Shown here piece after piece: positions 38,901 through 52,600 of a stretch of DNA of 64,000 bases. The stretch lies in NCBI RefSeq assembly GCF_006345805.1, contig NC_043012.1:55242001-55306000 (forward strand). Direction: 5' to 3'. The translations under genes and the position numbers were made by a program. Positions within the stretch are counted from its first letter, which is position 1, and each line of letters opens with the position of its first letter. The notes below the pieces were generated by a model. The model made no database searches and was not told the DNA's origin. It saw only the letters and a program-made list of their open reading frames with translations. This DNA comes from Octopus sinensis. Its lineage: Eukaryota.

Positions 38901-39457
38901 TGCCCTGATGCAGTACCAGGCAGTGGCTCTCATGGCTTCTGATCTTAACTGATTGGAAGTGTTGTCATGTACATTGTTTTGTCTTGGTATTAAAAGATGG
39001 GCTACAGCAAATATTCTGCTCAATACCACAGATTTGCTTGTCAGTTGTTTGACCTTAACCAGTTGAGCATGTCCCTTAGTGGCTGACGATATGTGCATCT
39101 CTGATCACGAGCAGAAGTAGTGGGGGAGCCTCATAGCCATGTGTGTTGAGAAGGATTCTTTGGGTTTGAATAATTCACCTCTGGAAACATGGGTGTTTCG
39201 TTCAACGTCCTTAAACAACCCTTATTCAGGGACCTTTTGAGCGGGATGGGTTACTCGATCTGAAGAAAATTCTAACTGGGCTCCACCTGCAAGGTCATGT
39301 GCTGTTTATCTTGATATGAGATCACCATGTCGCGCACATATGGTTGTGATGCATGTGCCTGGTGTACCCTTATCAGACGGGTAGTCATGATGGGTATACT
39401 GGGCTTCGTATATTTTGCCCCAGTGTCACTTTGATGGCATGCTCTGCTCGCTCACTC
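38900..39457 (+). mobile_element. ~560-bp (AAT)n-embedded element, copy D
   Basis: ATGCCCTGATGCAGTACCAGG...GCTCGCTCACTC between AAT arrays. Confidence 0.9.
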
Positions 39458-39495
<38 letters not shown>

Positions 39496-39729
39496 TAATT
39501 TCGGCACAAGGCCAGCAATTTCGGGGTAGAAGACAAGTCGATAACATTGACCCCAGTACTCAACTGATACTTATTTTATCGACCCCGTAAGGATGAAAAG
39601 CAAAGTCGACCGCGACAGAATTTGAACTCAGAATGTAAAAATGGACAAAATGCTGCTAAAGCATTTTGTCCGGCGTCCTAACTATTCTACCAGCTAGCTA
39701 CCCAAATAATAATAATAATAATAATGATG

Positions 39730-39765
<36 letters not shown>

Positions 39766-39797
39766 TAATAATAATGATGATAATAATAATAATAATA

Positions 39798-39851
<54 letters not shown>

Positions 39852-39852
<1 letters not shown>

Positions 39853-40140
39853 TAGGAATGATCAAGAAGGGAACCGAAAATTATATGAGAATGATCCCTG
39901 GTTTACCATCCCTGCAAGAAGTGCAAAAGATTGTCTTAACTGATACATCACACGTATTGAGAAGAGCATTGTCGATGTGAGAACTATTACTACCCATGTA
40001 TTTTAATTTAACTTAAAAAAAAATATGAACGAACTATTGAGTTTAGTTTAATGGCCTACCAATGTATACTATGAGTTTCTTTGCCCTAGGAGTCGGGAAG
40101 ACACTCGGCAAGAAATGGAAGCAAATTTGAAAGAAGGAAA
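39852..40140 (+). pseudogene. REL LINE extreme 3' end of a further family
   Basis: LGMIKKGTENYMRMIPGLPSLQEVQKIVLTDTSHVLRRALSM*, then a 3' UTR, between AAT arrays. Confidence 0.75.
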
Positions 40141-40152
40141 AAAAAAAAAAAA

Positions 40153-40184
<32 letters not shown>

Positions 40185-40489
40185 TGATAATAATATAATA
40201 ATAATAATAATGATGATGATGATAATAATAATAATACATCGGGAGATATTATTTCAGACTGTACATCATAAGAACTTTATCATGAAATCTTAGCAAAAGG
40301 CGCCACTTCGGGGTAAGATAGGGAAACGAAAAAGAGAGAAAGTTCTATACAAAAGATAGCTGATTGGATCCGTCTGGTTCTGTTATTTGTGTTTGGTTCT
40401 TCCATTTCTAATTGCAAGGTTTACAATCTCTTCAGAGATTTAGAAGGAGAAAAATACTTGGTGTTGGAATATACACGCAGGCACGCACA

Positions 40490-42565
<2,076 letters not shown>

Positions 42566-43108
42566 ACTCTTTCTTCCTGTCTTTGTTTTTTTCCATCTGT
42601 AGAGGCACAGGTGTACGTGTATGATGTTTAAGAAATTCGCTTCGTAATTACATGGATTCGGGTCCAATCCTGCCGCGCGGTAGCATGTATAACCTCGGAC
42701 AACAACAACAACGACGACGACGACGACGACGACAACGACGACGATGATGATGATGATAATTGACATAGAATTCCTGGTACAGCTCCTACAGAAAGTTTAT
42801 CTCTTAGGGACAGCAAGGTTTATCAAGAGGGATTCTAAGTATTTGAAAGACTACTGAAATCTTATGAATACCTACGGTTACAGGTAGTAACCCGCTACCC
42901 ACATAGATCCTACCAGGAATAAGACCAAACCTGAGCCAAGCCAAAATATTTATGATTTCATTTATTTGCCATCAGGGTGAAGGATGAGGGGGGACAATAC
43001 AAAACATACATAAAATGTGGAGGCTTACATGTAATGAAATGATAAAAAAGGGGGGGGGTAAGTGTACACGGTATACAGTAAAAAGAAGGGAAGTATAGAT
43101 AGTATATT

Positions 43109-43273
43109 AAAGATAGCTGATTGGATCCGTCTGGTTCTGTTATTTGTGTTCGGTTCTTCCGTTTCTAATTGTAAGGTTTACAATCTCTTCTGAGATTTGG
43201 AAGAAGAAAATTACTTGGTGTTGGAATATGCACGCAGGCACGCACACAAACACACACACACACACACACACAC

Positions 43274-43348
<75 letters not shown>

Positions 43349-43468
43349 GTACGAATGTATGCACACACACAGACACACACACACAGACATACAGACACAA
43401 ACATCCTAGACTGCCATACATACATACATACATACATACATACATACATACATACACACAGACATATG
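43109..43468. repeat. Second copy of the segment at 40352-40622
   Basis: AAAGATAGCTGATTGGATCCGTCTGG... ~140 bp unique part, a CA tract, CTAGACTGCCATACATA and CAGACATATG are all shared. Confidence 0.85.
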
Positions 43469-43519
43469 TGTAAGATCTCCCTGGACACTAAGGGCAAGTG
43501 TTCTCTCCAATTTTCTTTC

Positions 43520-43850
43520 TCCGACTCACAGGTCTACATTTAGAGCGGTACCATCCACTCTTGCCATTTTCACGACTTTCACTCACCTTTCAATAAACTT
43601 CTCCTCCTTCAGGTCCTTTTCAAGCGAAACTTGAAGAAGCCAATGAGACCTCTACCAAAGAGGAATATATCTGTCGTCATGCCTTTCAGCCTCGTCCACC
43701 AAACAACCTCTTTCGTCAGAGCCTTCAGGCAAAGGAAAACTGCATTTCCTGCCCGATTAAAGGAGGGCAACGGGGAAATCATCACTATAAACTTGGCCAG
43801 TCGACGGATCCGTCCCACACATGACAGCAGCTTTTCGACATAACTCTACA
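43520..43850 (-). pseudogene. Tx1/L1-like ORF2 C-terminal remnant
   Basis: KALTKEVVWWTRLKG...GRGLIGFFKFRLKR...EKFIER*VKVVKMARVDG resembles the Tx1-clade ORF2 end as I recall it. Confidence 0.55.
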
Positions 43851-44684
43851 AGTCAGTAATGCCTGGGCACTGAACGAATGCGTGCGGAACGGTTACTCGT
43901 TTCAAATTTTGGCACATCCGTTAGGTTTAATTGATGCTGATTTATCACCTGGGATATCTCAAGAACAACTGCAAGACATTAATTACTTCTACTTCTTTTT
44001 TTGTGATTCACTATACTCTAATTAAATATGATCTGAAATACTCGTCCTACCTTGGTTTAGTTTCCCTTTTTCCTTTAATATATATTTTTTTCTCTGTTGC
44101 TCTCCCTCTTCCTCCTCTTGCCCTCTTTCTCCTCTACCTGCTGCAGACACGTGAACCGTGGCCAGCCTTTCTTTTTCTCCTTTCTCTACACCAGCTGCGT
44201 AGCTGACGGTCCTATATTTTCTGGAACATGTCTTACTATTTGTTGTTTCTGTAATTCTTTCGGATTGCCCACTAAGCGTTACCTACTATTCGTGTTCTTT
44301 TGGCCCTGAAACCATATTTTGCTCGTTTCTTATTTACTTCCTCTTTGTCCTTCGTCCATCGTATGTCCACTTCTATATCGCTTGTTATCCATGTATTGTT
44401 TGCTCTCGGCCATATATTCACCTCAACTTACATGGGCACCGCCAGCATGGGAAGCATCTCAGTCTTATCATTAATGGTGCGAAACCGAGTAATACCATCT
44501 GGTTGATAACTGAAGAAGAATTATAGATTTCCAGCCGAAATTGCGAGGATAATCTGGTGCTTGACTGAGGAAAGAAAGCTTCGAATGACCCGTTCTTGTT
44601 TTCTTTGTATCGTCTATCTGGATGTTTTGTTATCCCTTTTTGTATCAACTAGCCGTCTGGATGTTTTGCGTTCTTGTCCCATTT

Positions 44685-44725
<41 letters not shown>

Positions 44726-45630
44726 GCTATCAGATGTTGCTACACATCGCTGGTCACAATGCGCTTCGCATTGTTTTAGCCTTCAAATGACGTCACCCCG
44801 CTGGCTAAGAGAGAGTGAGAGAAAGTTGTTGCGAAAGAGTACAGTAGGGATCGCCACCACCCCGCGCCGGAGCGTCGTGGAGCTTTAGGTATTTTCGCTC
44901 AATAAACACACACAACGCACGGTTTGGAAATCGAAACCGCGATCCTACGACCGCGAGTCCGCTGCCCTAACCACTGGGCCATTGTGCCTCCATATATATA
45001 AATATATTAAAGGGAAAAGGGAAAGAAAACCAAAGCAGAGAAGAGCAAAATCATACCATGTTTGTGAAGATTTTTAACCTTGTTGAGCAACCGCTTAGCA
45101 CACGGATCAAATAGTTTTCATATGCATTTGCTAAGAAGAATTGGTCTCTCCTCAGCTCTACGATTGGTTCCCTATTCTGATAGTCAATTCTGATACCTGA
45201 AGTCCTTTGGCAATGACCCTCATTGAGTTTTCGGTATGTCAGTTTTCTCTCTTTGAACAGTTGAAACATTTCTGCATGAAGTTTACTCTTTCGAAGTCTT
45301 TCCATTTCTTATTTTATTTGCCATGGGGGATCTGAAGGAAATAAAAAAACCTTTTAATTAGTTTGAAGAGTGTACTGATGATTGGTACCTGTCACACTCT
45401 GGATCTAATACTAACGAACCACTCTAATTCAATCCATAGCATTTCTGTTGAAAAACCTCTCCTCTCTGACCACGACATGGTACTCTGTAACTTTAGTCTC
45501 GGACACACACGCGCACACACACACGCACGCACACACAAACATACATATCTGTATGTGTGCATATTTGTATACGTTTATGCATGTATATATATAAAAACAA
45601 TGTAATATAATATAATATGTTATATATATA

Positions 45631-45728
<98 letters not shown>

Positions 45729-45759
45729 TATATAATAATATATATATATATATATATAA

Positions 45760-45960
45760 AGTTAATCCAAACAAGAAAGCACAAAAAAACACAACAACGC
45801 GAGGACGTGGAACAATATAGTATTATTGGACACTCGGGAAAGAAGGAAAGAAGGAGGGTTTAACGTTTCGAGCGGAGCTCTTCGTCGGAAACATAGGAGA
45901 AGGAAAGATCCAGAGAAGGGAAGACAGGAAAAAAATCGCCAACGGTACACACGCGGTCAT
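45760..45960 (-). mobile_element. Penelope-type terminal repeat fragment with a minimal hammerhead motif at 45858-45892
   Basis: Minus strand reads GTTT-CCGACGA-A-GAGC-TCC-GCTC-GAAAC-GT-T-AAAC. Abuts (TA)n. Confidence 0.65.
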
Positions 45961-47083
45961 GTATGTATCAGTCATAAAGCATTATCAATCTACCGTTGTT
46001 TCAGTAAGTATAGCATGTTTATTCCACAACATAAACATATCGTCTGCTGATAATGCAATTCTGCAAATCGTTTCCTTTTGTTTAATCATCGACAGAGGGG
46101 GAAAGTTTTATCTTATACCTCATATATATGCTACTAACATTTATCTTACATACTACTTAGTAATCGTTCGTCATTTCGCTAGAGATAAGCTAATCAATAC
46201 ATTCGACTGGAACGTGTTTTTTATGTAGATGGGCAGATGCAGAGTGTAAAGTGTCTTGTTTTTGAAATGGGCGTACAGGGTCGATTCTGGGGGTATCTAC
46301 TAAGTAACTTGTGGCGTAGCTAGAGTGTAAACCACTCGGGGCAGCTCTTCAATGTGCCGTTTCACAAAAAAATACCTCATACAATCCAACAAAATTCAAC
46401 CCAAAGTGCCGTCCCTACAAAAACATTGTCTGGGGCACACCGCTCCCCACCTCGCTAGCTACGCTACTGAATATCCTTATATGAAAGCAAGTCGGCAGAA
46501 TCGTTAGAGCGTCGGCTAGAATGCATTGCGATATTTGCTCCGGCTCTCGGAGCTCTGAGTTCACATCCAACCGAAGTCAACTTTGTCTTTTAAATGTTCG
46601 AGGTCTGTTAATAAAGTACGAGTTAATTACTGAAGTCTATTTTTCTTCATTTCTCTTACACATTCTCTTTTACTCACAGAGTTAGTTATACCCGTCAGTC
46701 TAGTTGGTGTTTTATAAAGAGCAATAAGAAATTATCATTGTAGCATCTCACGAAAGAAAGACTATTTGAAACAATGGGAAACCATTTTCGTAGTCTCCCT
46801 CAAAATTCTATGATAAATCCAGAATGCTTGACTAGCAAGACACCAGTTGTTGTTCGTTGATTTGATGATGTAAGGAAGGACGATTTATGTAGCATATTAG
46901 TTTTTCTATGTCAAGAGGTTTTTAACTTTCCTTCCAAGAGAAGCTGCACGAACGCTCTTCCGCAACCCTTCATACTGTGCAGCGTAACCAACTGAGAGAG
47001 AGAAAGAGGGAGAAGAAGAAGAAGAAGAAGAAGAAGAGAAGAAGAAGAAGAAGAAGAAGAAGAAGAAGAAGAAGAAGAAGAAT

Positions 47084-47562
47084 GGATTTTTTCGGTTTGA
47101 ACGGCAGTTTTTTAAAATAATTTCCACGTAACTAAACACTTTTAAACTTCGTATACTGGTAGAATGTGTTTATAAAACATCTTTTTCTCTTGGCTTTATT
47201 GAGAAAATTCTATAGTTTGTAAGATATTTGTTAAGATATTGTTTTTTTTCTTCAATTTCTGTAAGATATTTGTAAGATATTTTGCAAGATATTTGTTTTT
47301 TTTCTTCAATTTCTGCAATTTCAACCAATCAATGATGTCTATTGAGGTGAAAACATTCTGTGCCGTATGAATATGTCCCTCGTTTAAGAAACAGATTGGG
47401 TTTATTTACATTTCTGAAGAAAAAAAGATACCCTTTCCCTCACCCCTAACCCTAACCCTAAAACAGATTGAAATGCAATAGATCGATACTAGGGTCATAA
47501 TTATGGGTGACAATTTCACATGACACCGCTAGAAAAAACTGCCGTTCAAACCGAAAAGATCC
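47084..47562. mobile_element. 479-bp MITE with 30-bp TIRs, GG...CC termini and near-perfect 8-bp TSD (Merlin-like)
   Basis: TIR GGAT(T/C)TTTTCGGTTTGAACGGCAGTTTTTT. Flanks AGAAGAAT and AAAAGAAT match at 7 of 8 positions. Internal tandem repeats and (CCCTAA)n are present. Confidence 0.8.
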
Positions 47563-48413
47563 AAAAGAATTCCATACAAGTACCCGAAAGTATAAAAGAC
47601 GAAGTTGAACGTCACCGTCATTTGAACACGAAACGCCAAATCCGGAACAATTACTAGAGTGTATTTGTCCGGCGCTCTAACAATTTTGCAAGCGACCGTT
47701 TAAACGTTTGTTTACAACAGACATTTTGTTGTTTTTATTAATTTTTTTTTCATCCTCTCATTATCAATATTTCCGCCTTTTCTTTCCTTTTCTTTTTATT
47801 TTCTCGCTCAATAACAATAATAACTTGACTAATAAGATTAAGTTCAATAATTTTAACCTTTGTCGAGTTGTAGTATTAATCAGAACTCGGTAAGCGTTTC
47901 GTCTTTCTTTAATTTTTATTCAAAAATCTATTGTTTCATATGTCTATTGTTTCAAAGTGTTTTGTCGTTTGACTGATTGAAAGCAGATAAAAGAATTTGA
48001 AATTTCACAGACGAGCTTTTCGTTAGAAACTAGCTTTAAGATTCTGTATTTTTTTGTCTTTTCTTTTCTACAGCGTTTATTGGCTTTAATATCTGCATCG
48101 ATTAAACCAACTGATATTTTCAAAATGGTTTACAGTAGCAATCTATCGTCGATATAACTTTCATGATGGAACGGTGTACTGACTGTATACAGATATTTTA
48201 CAAATATATTCATGAGCTTAACATCAGCCTACGAATTAAACGAATTAGTAACCTTTTTATTTATAAGCTGAGAGTTAACCCTTCTCCCAATCACAAGCTT
48301 TCATTTGTCTTCAGAAATGTTAATAACTTTAACCGGTCGAGACAGGGTGATCTTTCCCATTAACCTACCGAGGGTAATTTTTTTACCGACGAAGGAACTG
48401 CACTTGGAATAGC

Positions 48414-48448
<35 letters not shown>

Positions 48449-48459
48449 ATATATATATA

Positions 48460-48749
48460 TCTTTATATATAAAAGTCAAGTTGTGTGAGAGTCTGTCTCC
48501 TACGATTTAGATTCCTAACTACTCCCACATTTTGCGGTGCAGTTTAACCAAAACCGGATATCTTATAGTCGTGATTCATATCAAGCCCTTCTGGGTATTA
48601 GCGCGCGTCTACGATTTAAAAAAAATTTACCATAATTTTTTCCCATTTTAATGCATCTTTTCGCTATTATATAAGGGAAGTAACTCTCTAAAAATGCTAA
48701 TATAGTTATTTCCCTTACAAACCCGAGCAACGCCGGGCGATACTGCTAG
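48460..48749 (+). mobile_element. 290-bp non-autonomous Helitron
   Basis: 5' TC after an A, subterminal hairpin CCCGAGCAACGCCGGG (48722-48737), 3' CTAG followed by T, and no TSD. These are the standard Helitron hallmarks. Confidence 0.8.
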
Positions 48750-48769
48750 TATATATATATATATATAGT

Positions 48770-48960
48770 CAGAATTTACGAAAAAAAAACATAAGACTGT
48801 GTAAACAACAAGCAGGTGTATTAGATTAACGCTCGAGAAGGTGAGAAAGTCTTTTATGTTTCGAGCCTACGCTCTTCAACAGAAAGGAACACGAGAAAAT
48901 AAGCAGAGAGAGAATAAAAAAAGCTTTAGTGGCTAGCGGTTGATCATGGCAATCATGGCG
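48770..48960 (-). mobile_element. Second, different Penelope-type terminal repeat fragment with a minimal hammerhead motif at 48851-48886
   Basis: Minus strand reads CTTT-CTGTTGA-A-GAGC-GTAG-GCTC-GAAAC-AT-A-AAAG. Abuts (TA)n. Confidence 0.65.
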
Positions 48961-49122
48961 ATATGTATACACACACACACACACACACACACAAATATAT
49001 ATATAATTTAAAACTAGGATAAAATCTTTATAAGAATTTATCAAGTAGTATGGAATTTATCAAGTTTTATAAGAGAAAAATCCACCAATTTTTGTCTTAA
49101 ATATATTTATTTATATTATATA

Positions 49123-49244
49123 GAGGGCATTACTATACATAAATGCCCCCCCCCCGTGAGGAGAGACTCTTAAAGTCAAAACTATTTTGGTAGTTTTGAC
49201 TTTAAGAGTCCCTCCTAGCGTGTGACATTTATGTATAGTAATGC

Positions 49245-49249
<5 letters not shown>
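49123..49249. repeat. 127-bp foldback (near-perfect hairpin)
   Basis: Outer arms GGCATTACTATACATAAATG / CATTTATGTATAGTAATGCC. Inner arms AGGAGAGACTCTTAAAGTCAAAACTA / TAGTTTTGACTTTAAGAGTCCCTCCT. Loop TTTTGG. Confidence 0.9.
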
Positions 49250-49295
<46 letters not shown>

Positions 49296-49296
49296 A

Positions 49297-49490
49297 CATT
49301 ATATAAAAGGGCTTAGTAAAATAAATTACTTTGCCACATACTGAACTCATTAGAAATAGCAGCTAAAAAGAATTTTTTTAGCTATCTCTAATACTTAAAG
49401 AAAATCTCTCTCAGATAGTGCTTGCTCAAACCAACTCACGAAGGTATGGGGGTAAAAGTAATTTATTTTACTAAGCCCTTTTATATAATG
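49297..49490. mobile_element. 194-bp MITE-like element with perfect 36-bp TIRs
   Basis: CATTATATAAAAGGGCTTAGTAAAATAAATTACTTT and its exact reverse complement, with TAA on both flanks. Confidence 0.8.
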
Positions 49491-49582
49491 TAATATTTTG
49501 AATTCGCCTTAAATGGTCCCTTTACATACTGAATACTTGGTGAAATTGATTAATAATTAATTAATTTTACCCTCAATTGTTG

Positions 49583-49638
<56 letters not shown>

Positions 49639-52600
49639 TATTTATGTCTGAAACTAGTCAAAGACTAAAAGAACACAAGCAGATATGTTGAACTGATGAA
49701 ATGATGAAGATAGAAACTAAAAGCAGATGTGTTTGTTAACATTGGTTATTATCACGCAACCACGAATTCTCTCAGCCCACCACTCACTCACACACACACC
49801 ACCACCACCACCAAACAAATTCATGAACTTACAAACTAATGAGGAAGTTGGGAGCTACAAGCTAATGTGGGAGTCTATGGTGTTGCTCGATCTGCCAGAA
49901 ACAGCAGCTAAATTTACCTCATATCACACTTTACCGTTTTAAAAATGAACGCATTGCATATTGTATTCTTTTATCTTGTTTCAAGCATTAGACTGCGGCC
50001 ATGCTGGGGCACCGGCTTGTGTTGGGTTGCCAGATAAATTCGTTTCTTTTATTCATTTTTTATTCATTTATTTTAATCCATTTCAATGTTATTTGAGTTG
50101 TCTATCCATCAATCTTCTCTACTCACTGTTCCTGAGTGGGTGGTGAGAATAGGGTCCTCAGGCACCTCCTCCGTGGAGTCCTATCAGAAACAACCGTCGT
50201 TACACTATACATCTGGAATCCCAAGTACGACCAACTGAGACTATAGACGTTATCCAACCACATCGTTCGTGGCGGTGCAATGGCCCAGTGGTTAGGGCAG
50301 CGGACTCGCGGTCGTAAGAACAATGCAGAGAAGTAGCAGCTCAATATGGAGTGATTCCCTGATATCCGAACTACGTACTCTCTCGAATTGCATTACTCCA
50401 GAGATCTTCCGTGGGAACCTCATTTCGGCCGTTTGTATTCACGATCGTACTCTTTCGGTAATTATCCCACATTCATAGGTGAAGATAAGCAAATACACCG
50501 AATTGAAAGCATTTGAGGAGGCGCAGTGGCCCAATGGTTCGCGGTTTCGATTCCCAGACCGGGCTTTGTGTATGTTTATTGAGCGAAATCACTTAAAGCT
50601 CCACGAAGCTCCGGTAGGGAATGGTGGTGACCCCTGTTGTACTCTTTCACCACAACTTTCTCTCACTATTTCTTGAGTAACGCTGCGATGGACTGGGGGG
50701 AGCACATACGTCACAGCCACAGAAACCAGGAAACCGGACCCATGAACCTGGCTAGGCTTGAAAAGGGCGAGAAAAAAAGAAAGCATTTGAATTAACACGA
50801 ATAACATTTTTATCGTAGTGTTTTATTTATTTATTTATTCATCTATTTATTTATTTATTTATTTGTAGCTCTGTTCTTTCGTATTACCGGGAGGTAACAT
50901 GAAAAGTTGGGTAACTTGAAATCTTTGCAATGGAACACGAACCGTTGTCATGTTTTCGCCTGATTTTCTACTGCAATTCTATGAACGCAGCCATTTTTTG
51001 CTCTGCTTTAATTGATAAGTCTTCGCAATATATTGTTTACTCTCTAATTGTTAGAAATCATTATTGTTATTCTGTAGCAGCTAACTAATTATATTTTAAG
51101 TTCACTAAATCATTATCTTATTCGACGTGTCTGTAAAGCGACAGCTTTTTGCAACGTTTAATTATTAATGGATTATTTTTCTGTACATTATACTGTGAAC
51201 CCAGATTTATTTGCCTTGCTAAATTGGACTAATTCTCTCGGCTGATTTCAAAGTTATCAATTATTAACAGCGATTAAGCAATAATAGCAATTTCGAGCAA
51301 ACTTTCTTTCCGTGTTAATGTAGGAATAATTGCTATACACCAGTGATCCTCAGCCATCGGTCCACGTGTAACATTTTGAATTATACACTTACATAAAGAA
51401 CTTAACGCCAACGATTCCATAATATCCAAAACATGTAGGAGGATACAATTAACGTTTTCATCAGACGTTTCTCGTTACGAATTTGCAACCTTATGAGACT
51501 GAATCCTGCTTGATTGCCTTATGGTACTTGAACATAATAGCAAATGAGTAATTATACAAAACCATTATCAGGACCCTCCGGCATTGAATATGAAGAAGAA
51601 AAAGAGTGATGTTGGTGTGGGATGCAACGTGATGTATGAATTACGTAAAGAGAGATGTGGTTAATGCCATAGGTAGTGGGAAGAAGGGTTAGAAGTGTAG
51701 TGTGTGTTAAACCAACGTCGGACACCGCGAAACATTGACACAGTCAGAAACAAAGATACAGGCGAATAAGAGAAAAGCGCGAAGAAAAGCGTGTTGTTGA
51801 CAAGTGGGCAAATTATATTATAATCATTAGCAATTGATCGCTGGGTCTACTTAAGCTTCGGTTAATAAATACTCAGATGTTTAATGGTGTTCCTTTTTGT
51901 TGTTCTTTGAATAAATATTTTTCATCTTACTCTTTTACTCTTTTACTTGTTTCAGTCATTTGACTGCGGCCATGCAGGAGCACCACCTTTAGTCGAGCTA
52001 ATCGACCTCAGGACTTATTTTTTGTAAGCCTAGTACTTATTCTATCGGTCACCTTTTGTTGAACCGCTAAGTTACGGGGACGCAAACACACCACCATCGG
52101 TTGTCAAGCGATGTTGGGGGGACAAACACAGACACACCACAAAGATATACACACACATACACATATATATATATATATAAATATACATATATACGACGGG
52201 TTTCTTTCAGTTTCCGTCTACCAAATCCACTCACAAGGCTTTGGTCGGCCCGAGGCTATGGTAGAAGACACTTGCCCAAGGTGCCACGCAGTGAGACTGA
52301 ACCCGGAACCATGTGGTTGGTAAGCAAGCTACTTACCACACAGCCACTCCTGCACCTATATTATATATACATTTTCTATAATTTCCATAAATTTATATAC
52401 ATTTATATACAAATTCCATAAATTTCTATACATTTTCTAAGAACAGTGTAGCTGAAAATACTACTTATGAAAACTATGGATGTAGCCTTTATTTTTCGTC
52501 GTTCCTAATGAAAATGGCATCGACTGGTTCTAAAAATGGGGGAAATTATAAATGAGCGGCCTGGGTTCAATCAAAACCGGCCTAACAGATTTTACAATCA

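Noticed and set aside
46309-46470. Short inverted repeats GTGGCGTAGCTAG / CTAGCTACGCTAC suggesting a hAT-like MITE
   Set aside because: The TIRs are degenerate and no TSD is recognisable.
47591-47623. TATAAAAG 29 bp upstream of an Inr-like TCATTT
   Set aside because: The stretch 47575-47697 aligns to the reverse complement of a decayed S1 SINE, so the motifs are probably chance products of decay.
51440-51480. CTGATGA and GAAAC hammerhead core words on the minus strand
   Set aside because: They are in the wrong order and there is no stem II between them.
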